This document shows, piece after piece, positions 19,621-29,820 of a stretch of DNA of 64,000 nucleotides. The number at the start of each line of letters is the position of its first letter. The first letter of the stretch is position 1. Origin of the DNA: Pseudolabrys sp. (GTDB lineage Bacteria; Pseudomonadota; Alphaproteobacteria; Rhizobiales; Xanthobacteraceae). A model generated the notes under the pieces. The model searched no databases. It was not told where the DNA came from and saw only the letters and a list, made by a program, of their open reading frames with translations. The stretch is from positions 2,371 through 66,370 of the forward strand of contig DASZVZ010000020.1 of assembly GCA_035546875.1 (NCBI GenBank). Direction: 5' to 3'. The translations under genes were made by a program, and so were the position numbers.

Positions 19621-20400
19621 ATGCCGATGATCGACGCCGACGGTTGCCCGCTCAACGTTCAGGTCGACGGGCCCGAAGGCGCGCCCGTGCTGATGCTGTC
19701 GAATTCGCTCGGCACCAATCTGCACATGTGGGACGACCAGGTGCCGGAATGGAGCAAACATTTCCACGTCGTGCGCTACGACCGGCGCGGCCACGGCAAG
19801 TCCGGCGTCAGCAAGGGCCCCTACAGCTTCGACCGCTTCGGGCGCGACATCCTCGCGATCATCGACGCGCTCAAGATCAGGAAGATGAGCTGGTGCGGCC
19901 TGTCGATGGGCGGCATGGACGGCCAGTGGCTCGGCGCCAACGCGCCCGACCGCGTCGAAAAGCTGATCCTCTCCAACACCAATTTCTATTACGCCGACAA
20001 GAAGCCGTGGGCCGACCGCATCACCTTCGTGAAGGAAAAAGGTCTGCGCGAGCTTGTGGGACCGAACATGGAGCGCTGGTTCACCGCCGATTTCCGCGCG
20101 CGGGCGCCGCAGGCGATCGCGCGCATGACCGAGATGTTTGTCGCGACCCCGGTGGAAGGCTACATCGCCTGCTGCGAGGCGATCCGCGACATGGATTTCC
20201 GCGCCTCCAATCCGCGGATCACCACGCCGACGCTCGTTATCGTCGGCAAGCATGATCCGGCGACACCGCCGGCCGCCGGCGAGGAAATCCAGCGTCAGAT
20301 CAAGGGCGCCAAGCTCGCGGTCGTCGATGGCGCGCATATCGCCAATCTCGAGCAGCCGAAGGCGTACACCGACGTCGTGCTCGACTTCCTCAAGAGCTAG
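19621..20400 (+). CDS. pcaD: 3-oxoadipate enol-lactonase (alpha/beta hydrolase)
   Basis: ATG 19621 with GGGAGGA SD. Nucleophile elbow GLSMGG; adjacent to pcaC. Confidence 0.8.
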   Translation: MPMIDADGCPLNVQVDGPEGAPVLMLSNSLGTNLHMWDDQVPEWSKHFHVVRYDRRGHGKSGVSKGPYSFDRFGRDILAIIDALKIRKMSWCGLSMGGMDGQWLGANAPDRVEKLILSNTNFYYADKKPWADRITFVKEKGLRELVGPNMERWFTADFRARAPQAIARMTEMFVATPVEGYIACCEAIRDMDFRASNPRITTPTLVIVGKHDPATPPAAGEEIQRQIKGAKLAVVDGAHIANLEQPKAYTDVVLDFLKS

Positions 20401-20406
20401 CGCGTC

Positions 20407-20796
20407 ATGGAAGACAAGGAACGCCACGAACGCGGCATGGGACGGCGCCGGAAAGTTCTCGGCGCCGCATGGGTGGACCGCGCCAATGCACGCAAGAATT
20501 CCTTCAACGGGGAATTCCAGGATCTGATCACACGCTACGCGTGGGGCGAGATCTGGACCCGCCCGCACTACGACGAACGCACCCGCCGCGTGCTGGTGAT
20601 CGGCACCATGATCGCACTCGCCCAGTGGGATGAATTCCGCCTGCACGTGCGCGCCGCGCTTGCCGAAGGCGGCTTCTCGGAAGCCGACATCAAGGAAATC
20701 ATCCTTCAGCAGGCGATCTATTGCGGCGTGCCCGCGGCCAACCACGCCTTCAAGGAAGCGGGCGAGATCGTCGCCGAGTTGGCGAAATCGAAATGA
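20407..20796 (+). CDS. pcaC: 4-carboxymuconolactone decarboxylase
   Basis: 129 aa CMD-family sequence (EIWTRP...RVLVIGTMIAL...EIILQQAIYCGVPAA). Confidence 0.8.
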   Translation: MEDKERHERGMGRRRKVLGAAWVDRANARKNSFNGEFQDLITRYAWGEIWTRPHYDERTRRVLVIGTMIALAQWDEFRLHVRAALAEGGFSEADIKEIILQQAIYCGVPAANHAFKEAGEIVAELAKSK

Positions 20797-20798
20797 AA

Positions 20799-20822
20799 AC
20801 GGGCGCCCTTGCGGGCGCCCGT
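20799..20822. terminator. 10-bp GC hairpin between convergent genes
   Basis: ACGGGCGCCC-TTGC-GGGCGCCCGT read directly. No clear T-tract. Confidence 0.45.
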
Positions 20823-20845
20823 ATCGCTTGAAAGCCGCCGGCGGT

Positions 20846-21364
20846 TCAGCGCCAGGGCGAGAACCAGCGCGCGGACTCTTTCGCGTTAGCCGGCGCGGCA
20901 ACGGCCGGCGCCGCGCCGAAGCGCTCGATGATGCACAGCGCTGCGGCAAGCGCCGCCAGCAGCAGCGGAATGATCTGCTCGCGCGCCGCGTCGAAATTGT
21001 GCGCCCACACGACCGGCATCGCGGCGGCGAGGCTCGCGATGACCGCGAGCATCAGCCCGGCTTCAAGAATCTCGGTGTCGCTCTTGCGGCCGAACAGCGA
21101 GCGCACGCGCTCCATGAGGTGCCACGCGCACACGCCCGCGACGATAAGCTTGAGCGCGCCGAATACGGCGGCAATCTTGACCAGACCATCGGGGCTGGCG
21201 CCGAGCATGCGGCCGAGCGCAAACACGAACTGCGAATGCCAGACTTCGTCGAGCCCATAGGTCGGCGAGGTGAACGTACGGAACGCGTCGAATCCCCACA
21301 CGAGCGTGAAGTAGACGGCGATCGCCATGATCATCATCGTGATGGCGCCGGGTGCCTTGCGCAT
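20846..21364 (-). CDS. Hypothetical integral membrane protein
   Basis: ORF 20846..21622 trimmed to ATG 21364 (MRKAPGAITMMIMAIAVYF). About four hydrophobic helices. Confidence 0.55.
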   Translation of the reverse strand: MRKAPGAITMMIMAIAVYFTLVWGFDAFRTFTSPTYGLDEVWHSQFVFALGRMLGASPDGLVKIAAVFGALKLIVAGVCAWHLMERVRSLFGRKSDTEILEAGLMLAVIASLAAAMPVVWAHNFDAAREQIIPLLLAALAAALCIIERFGAAPAVAAPANAKESARWFSPWR

Positions 21365-21585
21365 TTCGCGTTCCTCCGAAAAAGAGAAACCCGGCGTAGT
21401 CGCATCAAATGCTAATTTCAAAACAAACCAAAATTTTACCTTACTTGTTAGCCTCTTAACCACGGCGTCGCACGACTTGCGCGCGCAATCGGGTGCAGAA
21501 ATCGGGTGGGTTCCCGGAACGCGCGCCTTTATCTCCGCCTTATCGTCGCATCCACGAAAAACTTGAATCGTCACAAGGTTCCGCA

Positions 21586-23007
21586 ATGACCGTTGCCGTC
21601 GCCAAAAGCGAATCCGAAACAACGAGACGCCACCCTCGCCTCGTCCTGCTCACGACATCGCTCGCCGTGCTGCTGGCGCAGATCGACACGTCTGCCGTCA
21701 ACCTTGCGCTCAAGAGCATCGGCGGCGACTTGCACGCCGGCGTGAGCGAAATGCAGTGGGTGATCGACGCCTATAATCTCATCTACGCGAGCCTGCTCTT
21801 GACCGCCGGGACGCTTGGCGACCTTTACGGCCGCCGCCGCGTGTTCGCGCTCGGCGTTCTCCTGTTTTCCGCCGGAACGCTCGCCTGTGCGCTCGCGCCC
21901 AACGCCGCAACCCTGATCGCCGGCCGCGTGGTGAGCGGATTGGGCGCGGCTTTTGCCGTCCCGATGTCGCTGGTGCTGCTGACCATCGCTTATCCGGGCC
22001 GCGAGGAACGCGCGCACGCGATGGGCATCTGGGCAAGCTGCAACGGGCTTGCCTTCATCATCGGCCCGACGCTCGGCGGCTGGCTGCTCGCCAGCATCGG
22101 CTGGCGCAGCATTTTCTATCTCGCGCTTCCGGTCTGTGCCGTTACGCTCGCGCTGGCTTACTACGCCGTGGAGGAATCGTCCGCGCCAAAGGGACGCAAG
22201 CTCGATCTTCCCGGCCAGGGTCTTGCCATCGCCGGCCTTGCCGCCTTCGCGTTCGCCGCGATCGAAGGATCGCACTGGGGCTTCCTGTCGCCACCCATCC
22301 TGTCGATCGCCGGTTTCGCGCTCGTTGCGCTCATCCTGTTCGTGTGGGTCGAAACGCGCACCAGCGGGCCGCTGCTGCCGATTTCATTCCTGCGCCGTCC
22401 GGTGTTCTCGGCCGCGCTCGCATCCGCCGGGCTGATGACTTTCGGCATGTACGCCCTGCTGTTCATCATGCCGCTCTATTTCCAGATCATGCGCGGCGCG
22501 ACGCCGCTCGTCGCCGGCTTCGAGTTGCTGCCGATGTCGGTGAGCTTCGTCATCGTCTCGCAGACGGTCGGCTATCTCACCAACAGCTTCGGCCCGCGCG
22601 CCGTGATGACCGCGGGCATGGCATGCATGGGCTTCGGTGAACTGGCGCTGGCCTTCATCGGGGCCGATACGAGCATTTGGTTCACGTCGATCGCGCTCTT
22701 CGTCATCGGCATCGGGCTTGGGCTCAACACCGCGCCGGTCAACGGCGTCGCGGTGGCGGCGCTGCCGCCGGAGCGTTCCGGCACCGCGTCGGGCGTGCTC
22801 AATACCGCGCGCATGGTCGGCGCGACGTTCGGCGTCGCCATCCTCGGCGCGGTCTTCGCCGCCTACGCCGGCCAGGAACCGACGATGGGCCCCGGGTTCC
22901 TCCCGGGCCTCCGCGCCGCGCTTGTCGGCGGCGGCATCGGCGAACTCATTGGCGCCGTCGTGGCGTTCGCGCTCATTCGCGGCGACTCTTTGAAGACGAA
23001 AAAATAG
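21586..23007 (+). CDS. MFS transporter, DHA2/EmrB-like (14 TMS)
   Basis: Motifs LGDLYGRRRVF and GRVVSGLGAA; length and hydrophobicity. ATG 21586. Confidence 0.85.
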   Translation: MTVAVAKSESETTRRHPRLVLLTTSLAVLLAQIDTSAVNLALKSIGGDLHAGVSEMQWVIDAYNLIYASLLLTAGTLGDLYGRRRVFALGVLLFSAGTLACALAPNAATLIAGRVVSGLGAAFAVPMSLVLLTIAYPGREERAHAMGIWASCNGLAFIIGPTLGGWLLASIGWRSIFYLALPVCAVTLALAYYAVEESSAPKGRKLDLPGQGLAIAGLAAFAFAAIEGSHWGFLSPPILSIAGFALVALILFVWVETRTSGPLLPISFLRRPVFSAALASAGLMTFGMYALLFIMPLYFQIMRGATPLVAGFELLPMSVSFVIVSQTVGYLTNSFGPRAVMTAGMACMGFGELALAFIGADTSIWFTSIALFVIGIGLGLNTAPVNGVAVAALPPERSGTASGVLNTARMVGATFGVAILGAVFAAYAGQEPTMGPGFLPGLRAALVGGGIGELIGAVVAFALIRGDSLKTKK

Positions 23008-23898
23008 TCAGCCGCCGCGCCCTTCGCGGAAAGCCTGCGGCGTCATGCCGGTCTGCTTGCGGAAGAAGCGCGTGAAGTGCGACGGATCCGAGAAGGTGAG
23101 ATCGTAGGCGATCTCGTGGATCGGCTGATTGGTGAAGACGAGCTGGCGCTTGGCTTCGGTCAACACACGCTGGCGGATGAGGTGGCCGGCGGTGACGCCG
23201 GTCGATCGCTTCACGTGGTCGTTGAGGCGGTCCGGCGTCATCGCGAGCTTCCTGGCGTAGAAACTGATCAAGCGTTCCTTGCGGAAGTGTTCCTCGACCA
23301 GCCTGCGCAATTCCTCGACGCGCGGATCGGCGGACGCGAGCGTCACCGCGCCGCTGCGCGCGCGGCTGACCGCCAGCCGCACGACCTCGATCGCGATCAG
23401 CGCGAGCAGGCCCCGCATCGCCAGGCGGTAGCCTTCGCGCGCGAGAAAGCTTTCCTCGTGCAGTTCGGCGCACAGTGTCGACAGCCGCTTGCTCTCCGCC
23501 GCGGCCGATAGCGGCACCAGCGGATGCGCGGCAATCGCCCGGAGCCGCGCCAGCGCTTCGTCCGAACGCTCGCCGAGCGCGGACGTGACGTCTTCGGTGA
23601 AGCTGATCACCCAGCCGTCGGTGACGTTGGCGTTGAAGCGGAAGCCATGCGCGGTCGTCGCCGGCACCAGGATTGCGGCCGGCGCGGTGAACGGCATGAT
23701 CGACGCCTCGAAGGTCATCTCGCCGCCGCCCTTCTCGATCAGCAGGATCTGAAACAGGTTGCGGTGGCGGTGCGCGCGGATCGTCCAGTCGTGAATGGAC
23801 GAGCGCGAGGAAATCGTCTCGATGTGAATGAAATCGAATGCGGAGTCGTCCGGCGGATCGCCGTACAGATGAAAGAGCGGTAACGCCGACGTCGCCAT
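23008..23898 (-). CDS. AraC family transcriptional regulator
   Basis: C-terminal AraC HTH (IHEIAYDLTFSDPSHFTRFFRKQTGMTPQAFR). ATG 23898. Confidence 0.85.
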   Translation of the reverse strand: MATSALPLFHLYGDPPDDSAFDFIHIETISSRSSIHDWTIRAHRHRNLFQILLIEKGGGEMTFEASIMPFTAPAAILVPATTAHGFRFNANVTDGWVISFTEDVTSALGERSDEALARLRAIAAHPLVPLSAAAESKRLSTLCAELHEESFLAREGYRLAMRGLLALIAIEVVRLAVSRARSGAVTLASADPRVEELRRLVEEHFRKERLISFYARKLAMTPDRLNDHVKRSTGVTAGHLIRQRVLTEAKRQLVFTNQPIHEIAYDLTFSDPSHFTRFFRKQTGMTPQAFREGRGG

Positions 23899-23961
23899 GG
23901 CGCGAGCATAAGCGAGACGCGCGCCAAGGCCAACGCAAGAGCCGCCGCGCCGCACAATAGA

Positions 23962-23985
23962 AAGCCCCGCCGTCGGGCGGGGCTT
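23962..23985 (-). terminator. Rho-independent-like hairpin after the Gln-rich gene
   Basis: AAGCCCCGCC-GTCG-GGCGGGGCTT (10-bp stem), followed on the minus strand by TTCTATTG. Confidence 0.6.
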
Positions 23986-24004
23986 CCGGCGTGTTGCTTC
24001 GACC

Positions 24005-24220
24005 TTAGTGCTTGCGCTCGCTGCCCGGCTGCTGCTGGCCGCCCTGGCCCGGGCGCTGCTGCTGTTGCTCGCCCTGCTGCTGCTGACCCGGCTTCAAGTT
24101 CTGTTGCCGGCCTTGCTGACCTTGCTGGCCTTGCTGGCTCTGTTGGCCCTGCTGGCCCTGCTGACCTTGCTGGCTTTGCTTCTGATTCTGATTCTGGCTT
24201 TGGTTCGGATTCTGGCTCAT
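24005..24220 (-). CDS. 71-aa Gln/Gly-rich low-complexity hydrophilic protein
   Basis: MSQNPNQSQNQNQKQSQQGQQGQQGQQSQQ... Only the last 71 codons of track ORF 24005..24706 are plausible. Confidence 0.6.
   Translation of the reverse strand: MSQNPNQSQNQNQKQSQQGQQGQQGQQSQQGQQGQQGRQQNLKPGQQQQGEQQQQRPGQGGQQQPGSERKH
24112..24174. repeat. Seven tandem copies of a 9-nt unit (YYTGYTGRC; encodes QGQ/QSQ on the minus strand)
   Basis: Read directly: cttgctgac cttgctggc cttgctggc tctgttggc cctgctggc cctgctgac cttgctggc. Confidence 0.8.
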
Positions 24221-24281
24221 CGGCTGCTCTTTCTGTTGTTGGGGTTGTTGTGAGTGAGCACTCCTCCCGAACAATACGAAC

Positions 24282-24307
24282 AACGCCCCGGCGCGAACCT
24301 TCGTTCC
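24282..24307 (-). promoter_or_regulatory. GGAAC-N17-CGTT motif (alphaproteobacterial EcfG general-stress sigma type)
   Basis: Minus strand reads GGAAC GAAGGTTCGCGCCGGGG CGTT. The -10 element lies about 60 nt upstream of ATG 24220. Confidence 0.55.
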
Positions 24308-24409
24308 GCGGCGGCGTTTAAGCGACCAAGAAAGATACCCGAGCACCGCTGCGGGAACTTTTATCGGCCGTTGCGAGTTGGGCCCCAAAATCAACGAAGG
24401 GACTGAGCC

Positions 24410-24493
24410 ATGGGACGTTATCTGCTGCTTTGGTTGCTTGGAATTCCGCTTCCGATCCTTGTGCTGATCTGGCTGCTCGGCGGCCTGCACTAG
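24410..24493 (+). CDS. 27-aa hydrophobic mini-protein (not in the ORF track)
   Basis: ATG 24410 preceded by GAAGGGA SD. MGRYLLLWLLGIPLPILVLIWLLGGLH, then stop. A hairpin follows. Confidence 0.45.
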   Translation: MGRYLLLWLLGIPLPILVLIWLLGGLH

Positions 24494-24510
24494 GAACGGC
24501 GCGAACAATA

Positions 24511-24543
24511 AAGCCGGGCGCGGACGATCATCCCGCCCGGCTT
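24511..24543 (+). terminator. 10-bp-stem hairpin followed by a T-rich run
   Basis: AAGCCGGGCG-N13-CGCCCGGCTT then TCTTCGTT. Overlaps the 3' end of the convergent desaturase gene. Confidence 0.45.
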
Positions 24544-25343
24544 TCTTCGTTCCGGTCGCTGCGAAACGGCTGCGTGAGCAGGTGATCGAGCCGCAGCTCG
24601 CGTACATCGCGGAAAATCGGCAATCCGATTTCGACCCGTTCGCCCGCCTCAGCCTGCGCACGATACGTGCCGAACAGGCGATCCCACCACGGCAAATTGA
24701 AACCAAAATTGCTGTCGTGCTCTCGCTGCACCACCGAATGATGCACCTGGTGCATCTGCGGCGTCACCAACAGCCAGCGAACAACTGGCTCGAGCCGCGG
24801 CGGCAGCGCCACGTTGCTGTGGTTGAACATCGACGTGGCGTTGAGAACCACCTCGAAAATCAGCACTGACACGGCCGGAATACCGAGCGCAGCCACCGCC
24901 GCGATCTTGATCGCCGCCGACAGTAAAATTTCGAGCGGGTGGAAGCGCACGCCGGTGGTCACGTCGATATCGAGATCGGCATGGTGCGTGCGATGCAACC
25001 GCCACAGGATCGGCACGGCGTGAAAGACGCGGTGCTGGAGGTAGATGACGAGATCGAGCAGCACGAAGCCGATGACGCCGGCGGCCCACATAGGCAAGCC
25101 CAGCAGCGGAAGCAGCCCCCACCCGCGTTCGGCGGCGAGCAATGCCACGCCGACCGCCGCCACCGGCACGATCAGCCGCACCGCAACAATATCGACGGCG
25201 AGGATCCCGAGATTGTTCACCCAGCGCGGCCCGCGTCCGACCTTGAGCGCCCGCCGAGGCGCCAACCATTCCCATGCCGCCATCGCGGCGAACACGGCGG
25301 CGTAACAGCTGACACGTACCGCAATCTCAATGCCCGGACTCAC
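24528..25343 (-). CDS. Fatty acid hydroxylase / sterol desaturase family membrane protein
   Basis: Three His boxes: HRVFH, HRTHH and HQVHH. Confidence 0.85.
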   Translation of the reverse strand: MSPGIEIAVRVSCYAAVFAAMAAWEWLAPRRALKVGRGPRWVNNLGILAVDIVAVRLIVPVAAVGVALLAAERGWGLLPLLGLPMWAAGVIGFVLLDLVIYLQHRVFHAVPILWRLHRTHHADLDIDVTTGVRFHPLEILLSAAIKIAAVAALGIPAVSVLIFEVVLNATSMFNHSNVALPPRLEPVVRWLLVTPQMHQVHHSVVQREHDSNFGFNLPWWDRLFGTYRAQAEAGERVEIGLPIFRDVRELRLDHLLTQPFRSDRNEESRAG

Positions 25344-25469
25344 GTGCGACCTCGTCCACCGCGCGAATTAACGAGATGCGGCGCTTGCGTCGTTGCCGCC
25401 CCCACAACGCCCTGTTAAGACTACATGATCCGCCATCGGCCGGGCGGCAAGGGGAGGCGCGCCGGACGC

Positions 25470-26387
25470 ATGGAAGTTTTTCTCCAGCAGCTCATCAACG
25501 GCATTACGCTCGGCTCGATCTACGGGCTCATTGCCATCGGCTACACGATGGTTTTCGGCATCATCGGGATGGTGAACTTCGCCCACGGCGACGTGTTCAT
25601 GGTATCCGCCTTCATCGCCCTCATCGCTTTTCTCATTCTGACCAGCTGGCTCGGCATCGGCTCTATCGCGCTGGCGCTCTTCATCGTGCTGATCGTCGCC
25701 ATGATCTTCACGTCGGTGGTCAATTGGGCGATCGAGCGCGTCGCCTACCGGCCGCTGCGCGGGTCCTTCCGTCTCGCCCCGCTGATCTCGGCGATCGGTA
25801 TGTCGATCTTCCTGTCCAATTTCGTGCAGGTGACGCAAGGCCCGCGCAACAAGTCGATCCCGCCCATGGTGCAGGGCGAATTCGTGCTGATGACGCGCAA
25901 CAATTATCCGGTCACGATCTCGGTCAAGCAGCTCATCATCTGGGGCGTGACGGTCCTGCTCCTCATCGCGTTCTGGTATCTCGTCGCCAAGACCAAGCTC
26001 GGCCGCGCGCAACGCGCCTGCGAGCAGGACCAGAAGATGGCGGCGCTTGTCGGCGTCAATGTCGACCAGACCATTTCCATGACCTTCGTGATCGCCGCCG
26101 CGCTCGCCGCCGTCGCCGGCACCCTGTACCTCATGCATTACGGCGTGGTGAGCTTCTCCGACGGCTTCGTGCCGGGCGTGAAGGCCTTTACCGCCGCCGT
26201 GCTCGGCGGCATCGGTTCGCTGCCCGGCGCGGTCGTCGGCGGTATCCTCATCGGCCTCATCGAGACATTCTGGTCGGCTTATTTTTCCATCGACTACAAG
26301 GACGTCGCCGCATTCTCGGTTCTCGCCATCACGCTGATCTTCCTGCCACAGGGCCTGTTCGGGCGGCCTGACGTCGAAAAGGTGTGA
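25470..26387 (+). CDS. livH: Branched-chain amino acid ABC transporter permease
   Basis: [30 protein letters not shown] start; typical LivH sequence. Confidence 0.9.
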   Translation: MEVFLQQLINGITLGSIYGLIAIGYTMVFGIIGMVNFAHGDVFMVSAFIALIAFLILTSWLGIGSIALALFIVLIVAMIFTSVVNWAIERVAYRPLRGSFRLAPLISAIGMSIFLSNFVQVTQGPRNKSIPPMVQGEFVLMTRNNYPVTISVKQLIIWGVTVLLLIAFWYLVAKTKLGRAQRACEQDQKMAALVGVNVDQTISMTFVIAAALAAVAGTLYLMHYGVVSFSDGFVPGVKAFTAAVLGGIGSLPGAVVGGILIGLIETFWSAYFSIDYKDVAAFSVLAITLIFLPQGLFGRPDVEKV

Positions 26388-26388
26388 G

Positions 26389-27755
<1,367 letters not shown>

Positions 27756-27756
<1 letters not shown>

Positions 27757-28664
27757 TGGCGGGCGGCCGCGACATCGTGCTGCGCGTCGAGCATCTGTTC
27801 ATGCGTTTCGGCGGCCTCGTCGCCGTGGACGATCTTTCCTTCGAGGCCGCGCGCGGCGAGATCACCGCCTTGATCGGCCCGAACGGCGCCGGCAAGACCA
27901 CCGTGTTCAACTGCATCACCGGCTTCTACAAGCCGAGCGAAGGCCGCCTCACCCTGCACCACGGTGACCCGGCGCTGTGGAGCGCGCTTGAAGGCCTCAC
28001 CGCCAGCGGCGAGCGCAGTCTGCATCAATCCGGCAGCGCGCTTTTCCTGCTCGAGCGCATGCCGGACTATCTGGTCACGCAAAAGGCCCGCGTCGCGCGC
28101 ACATTCCAGAACATCCGTCTCTTTCCCGGCATGACCGTGCTGGAGAACCTGATGGTCGCCCAGCACAATCCGCTGATGATCGCGTCGGGTTTCACGTTTC
28201 TCGGCATTCTCGGCTTTCCGTCCTATGCGACCGCCGAACGCGCGGCGATCGACAAGGCACGCGGCTGGCTCGACCGTATCGGATTGATCGACCGCGCCGA
28301 CGACCCCGCCGGCGACCTGCCCTACGGCGCGCAGCGCCGCCTCGAAGTCGCGCGCGCGATGTGCACCGATCCGGTTTTGCTCTGCCTCGACGAGCCGGCC
28401 GCCGGACTCAATCCGCACGAAAGCACCGAGCTCAACGAGCTGCTGCTCGATATCCGCAAGGAATACGGCACCTCGATCCTGCTGATCGAGCATGACATGT
28501 CGGTGGTCATGGAAATTTCCGACCACATCGTGGTGCTCGACTACGGCGTCAAGATTTCCGACGGCACGCCCGCGGAAGTGCGCAACGATCCCAAGGTGAT
28601 CGCGGCCTACCTCGGCGTGCAGGAAGAGAAGGTCGAGGAAGTCGAGGCGGAGGTCGGGCTGTGA
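27756..28664 (+). CDS. livG: Branched-chain amino acid ABC transporter ATP-binding protein
   Basis: ATG 27756 overlaps the livM TGA by 1 nt. GPNGAGKTT. Confidence 0.9.
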
Positions 28665-29398
28665 CCGAGCCTCTGCTCAGCGTGCGCGGCGTCAAGACGT
28701 TCTACGGACGCGTAATGGCGCTCAAGGGCGTCGATCTCGACGTCAACGACGGCGAGATTGTCACGCTGATCGGCGCCAATGGCGCCGGCAAGTCCACGCT
28801 CATGATGACGGTATGCGGCAATCCCCGCGCGCGCGAAGGAACCATCCGTTTTGACGGACGCGATATCACGCGCCTGCCGACGCACGAGATCGCGCATCTC
28901 AAGCTGGCGCAGGCACCGGAAGGCCGCCGTATCTTCTCGCGCATGACGGTCCTGGAAAATCTGCAGATGGGCGCGATCGTCGCCGACCCTGCGCATTTCG
29001 ATCAGGATCTTGAACGGCTGCTGGTGATGTTTCCGCGCCTGAAGCAACGCCTCGATCAGCGCGGCGGCACGCTGTCGGGCGGCGAGCAGCAGATGCTCGC
29101 GATTGCGCGCGCCTTGATGAGCCGCCCGCGGCTCCTGCTGCTCGACGAGCCCTCCCTCGGGCTTGCGCCTTTGATCGTCAAGCAAATCTTCGACGCGATC
29201 CGCGCGCTCAACAAACAGGACAAGCTCACCGTCTTCCTCGTCGAGCAGAACGCGTTCCACGCGCTCAAGCTTGCGCATCGCGGCTACGTGATGGTCAACG
29301 GACTCATCACGCTTTCGGGCACCGGCCGCGAATTGCTGGATCGGCCGGAAATCAAATCCGCCTACCTCGAAGGCGGGCGCCAGCAGGTGGAGATCTAG
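28661..29398 (+). CDS. livF: Branched-chain amino acid ABC transporter ATP-binding protein
   Basis: GTGA overlap with livG. GANGAGKST and LSGGEQQML. Confidence 0.9.
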   Translation: MTEPLLSVRGVKTFYGRVMALKGVDLDVNDGEIVTLIGANGAGKSTLMMTVCGNPRAREGTIRFDGRDITRLPTHEIAHLKLAQAPEGRRIFSRMTVLENLQMGAIVADPAHFDQDLERLLVMFPRLKQRLDQRGGTLSGGEQQMLAIARALMSRPRLLLLDEPSLGLAPLIVKQIFDAIRALNKQDKLTVFLVEQNAFHALKLAHRGYVMVNGLITLSGTGRELLDRPEIKSAYLEGGRQQVEI

Positions 29399-29761
29399 AT
29401 GGACTTCTCCATCCCCGAGTTCCTGTACGAGGAAGGTTCCTTCAGCGTGTTCATTCTCGTCACAATTGTGCTCGGCGGCGGGGCTGCCGCGCTTGCGGGC
29501 CGTGCCGTCGCGGCGACCTGGCGGCCGTGGCGGCAGGTCATCGGCTACATGCTGGTCCTGGGCGCCGTGGTGCGTTTCTTTCACTATTCACTGTTCGGCG
29601 GCACGCTATTGTCGCTGCACTACTATTTGGTCGACAGCGCGGTTTGCGTCATTGCAGGCCTGATCGGTTACCGGGTGACCCGGGCGGCCCAGATGGTCAC
29701 GCAGTATAGCTGGCTCAACGAGCGCGCCGGGGCGATGCGCTGGCGCCGGAAAGCGCCTTGA
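29399..29761 (+). CDS. Small membrane protein embedded in the liv operon (DUF6867-like, from memory)
   Basis: Starts immediately after the livF stop. Three hydrophobic helices. Confidence 0.6.
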   Translation: MDFSIPEFLYEEGSFSVFILVTIVLGGGAAALAGRAVAATWRPWRQVIGYMLVLGAVVRFFHYSLFGGTLLSLHYYLVDSAVCVIAGLIGYRVTRAAQMVTQYSWLNERAGAMRWRRKAP

Positions 29762-29820
29762 GCTAGCATTAAGTTTGGTCTTGCCTCATCGTCAGACTGA
29801 ATCATCGAGGGAGAGAACGA

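Noticed and set aside
19504-20949. 481-aa minus-strand ORF
   Set aside because: It is antisense to pcaD and pcaC and has no motifs.
24221-24706. Upstream 162 codons of the 233-aa ORF that contains the Gln-rich protein
   Set aside because: The extension crosses the intergenic promoter region and the small plus-strand ORF, and overlaps the desaturase gene. Only the terminal 71 codons behind ATG 24220 make a coherent gene.
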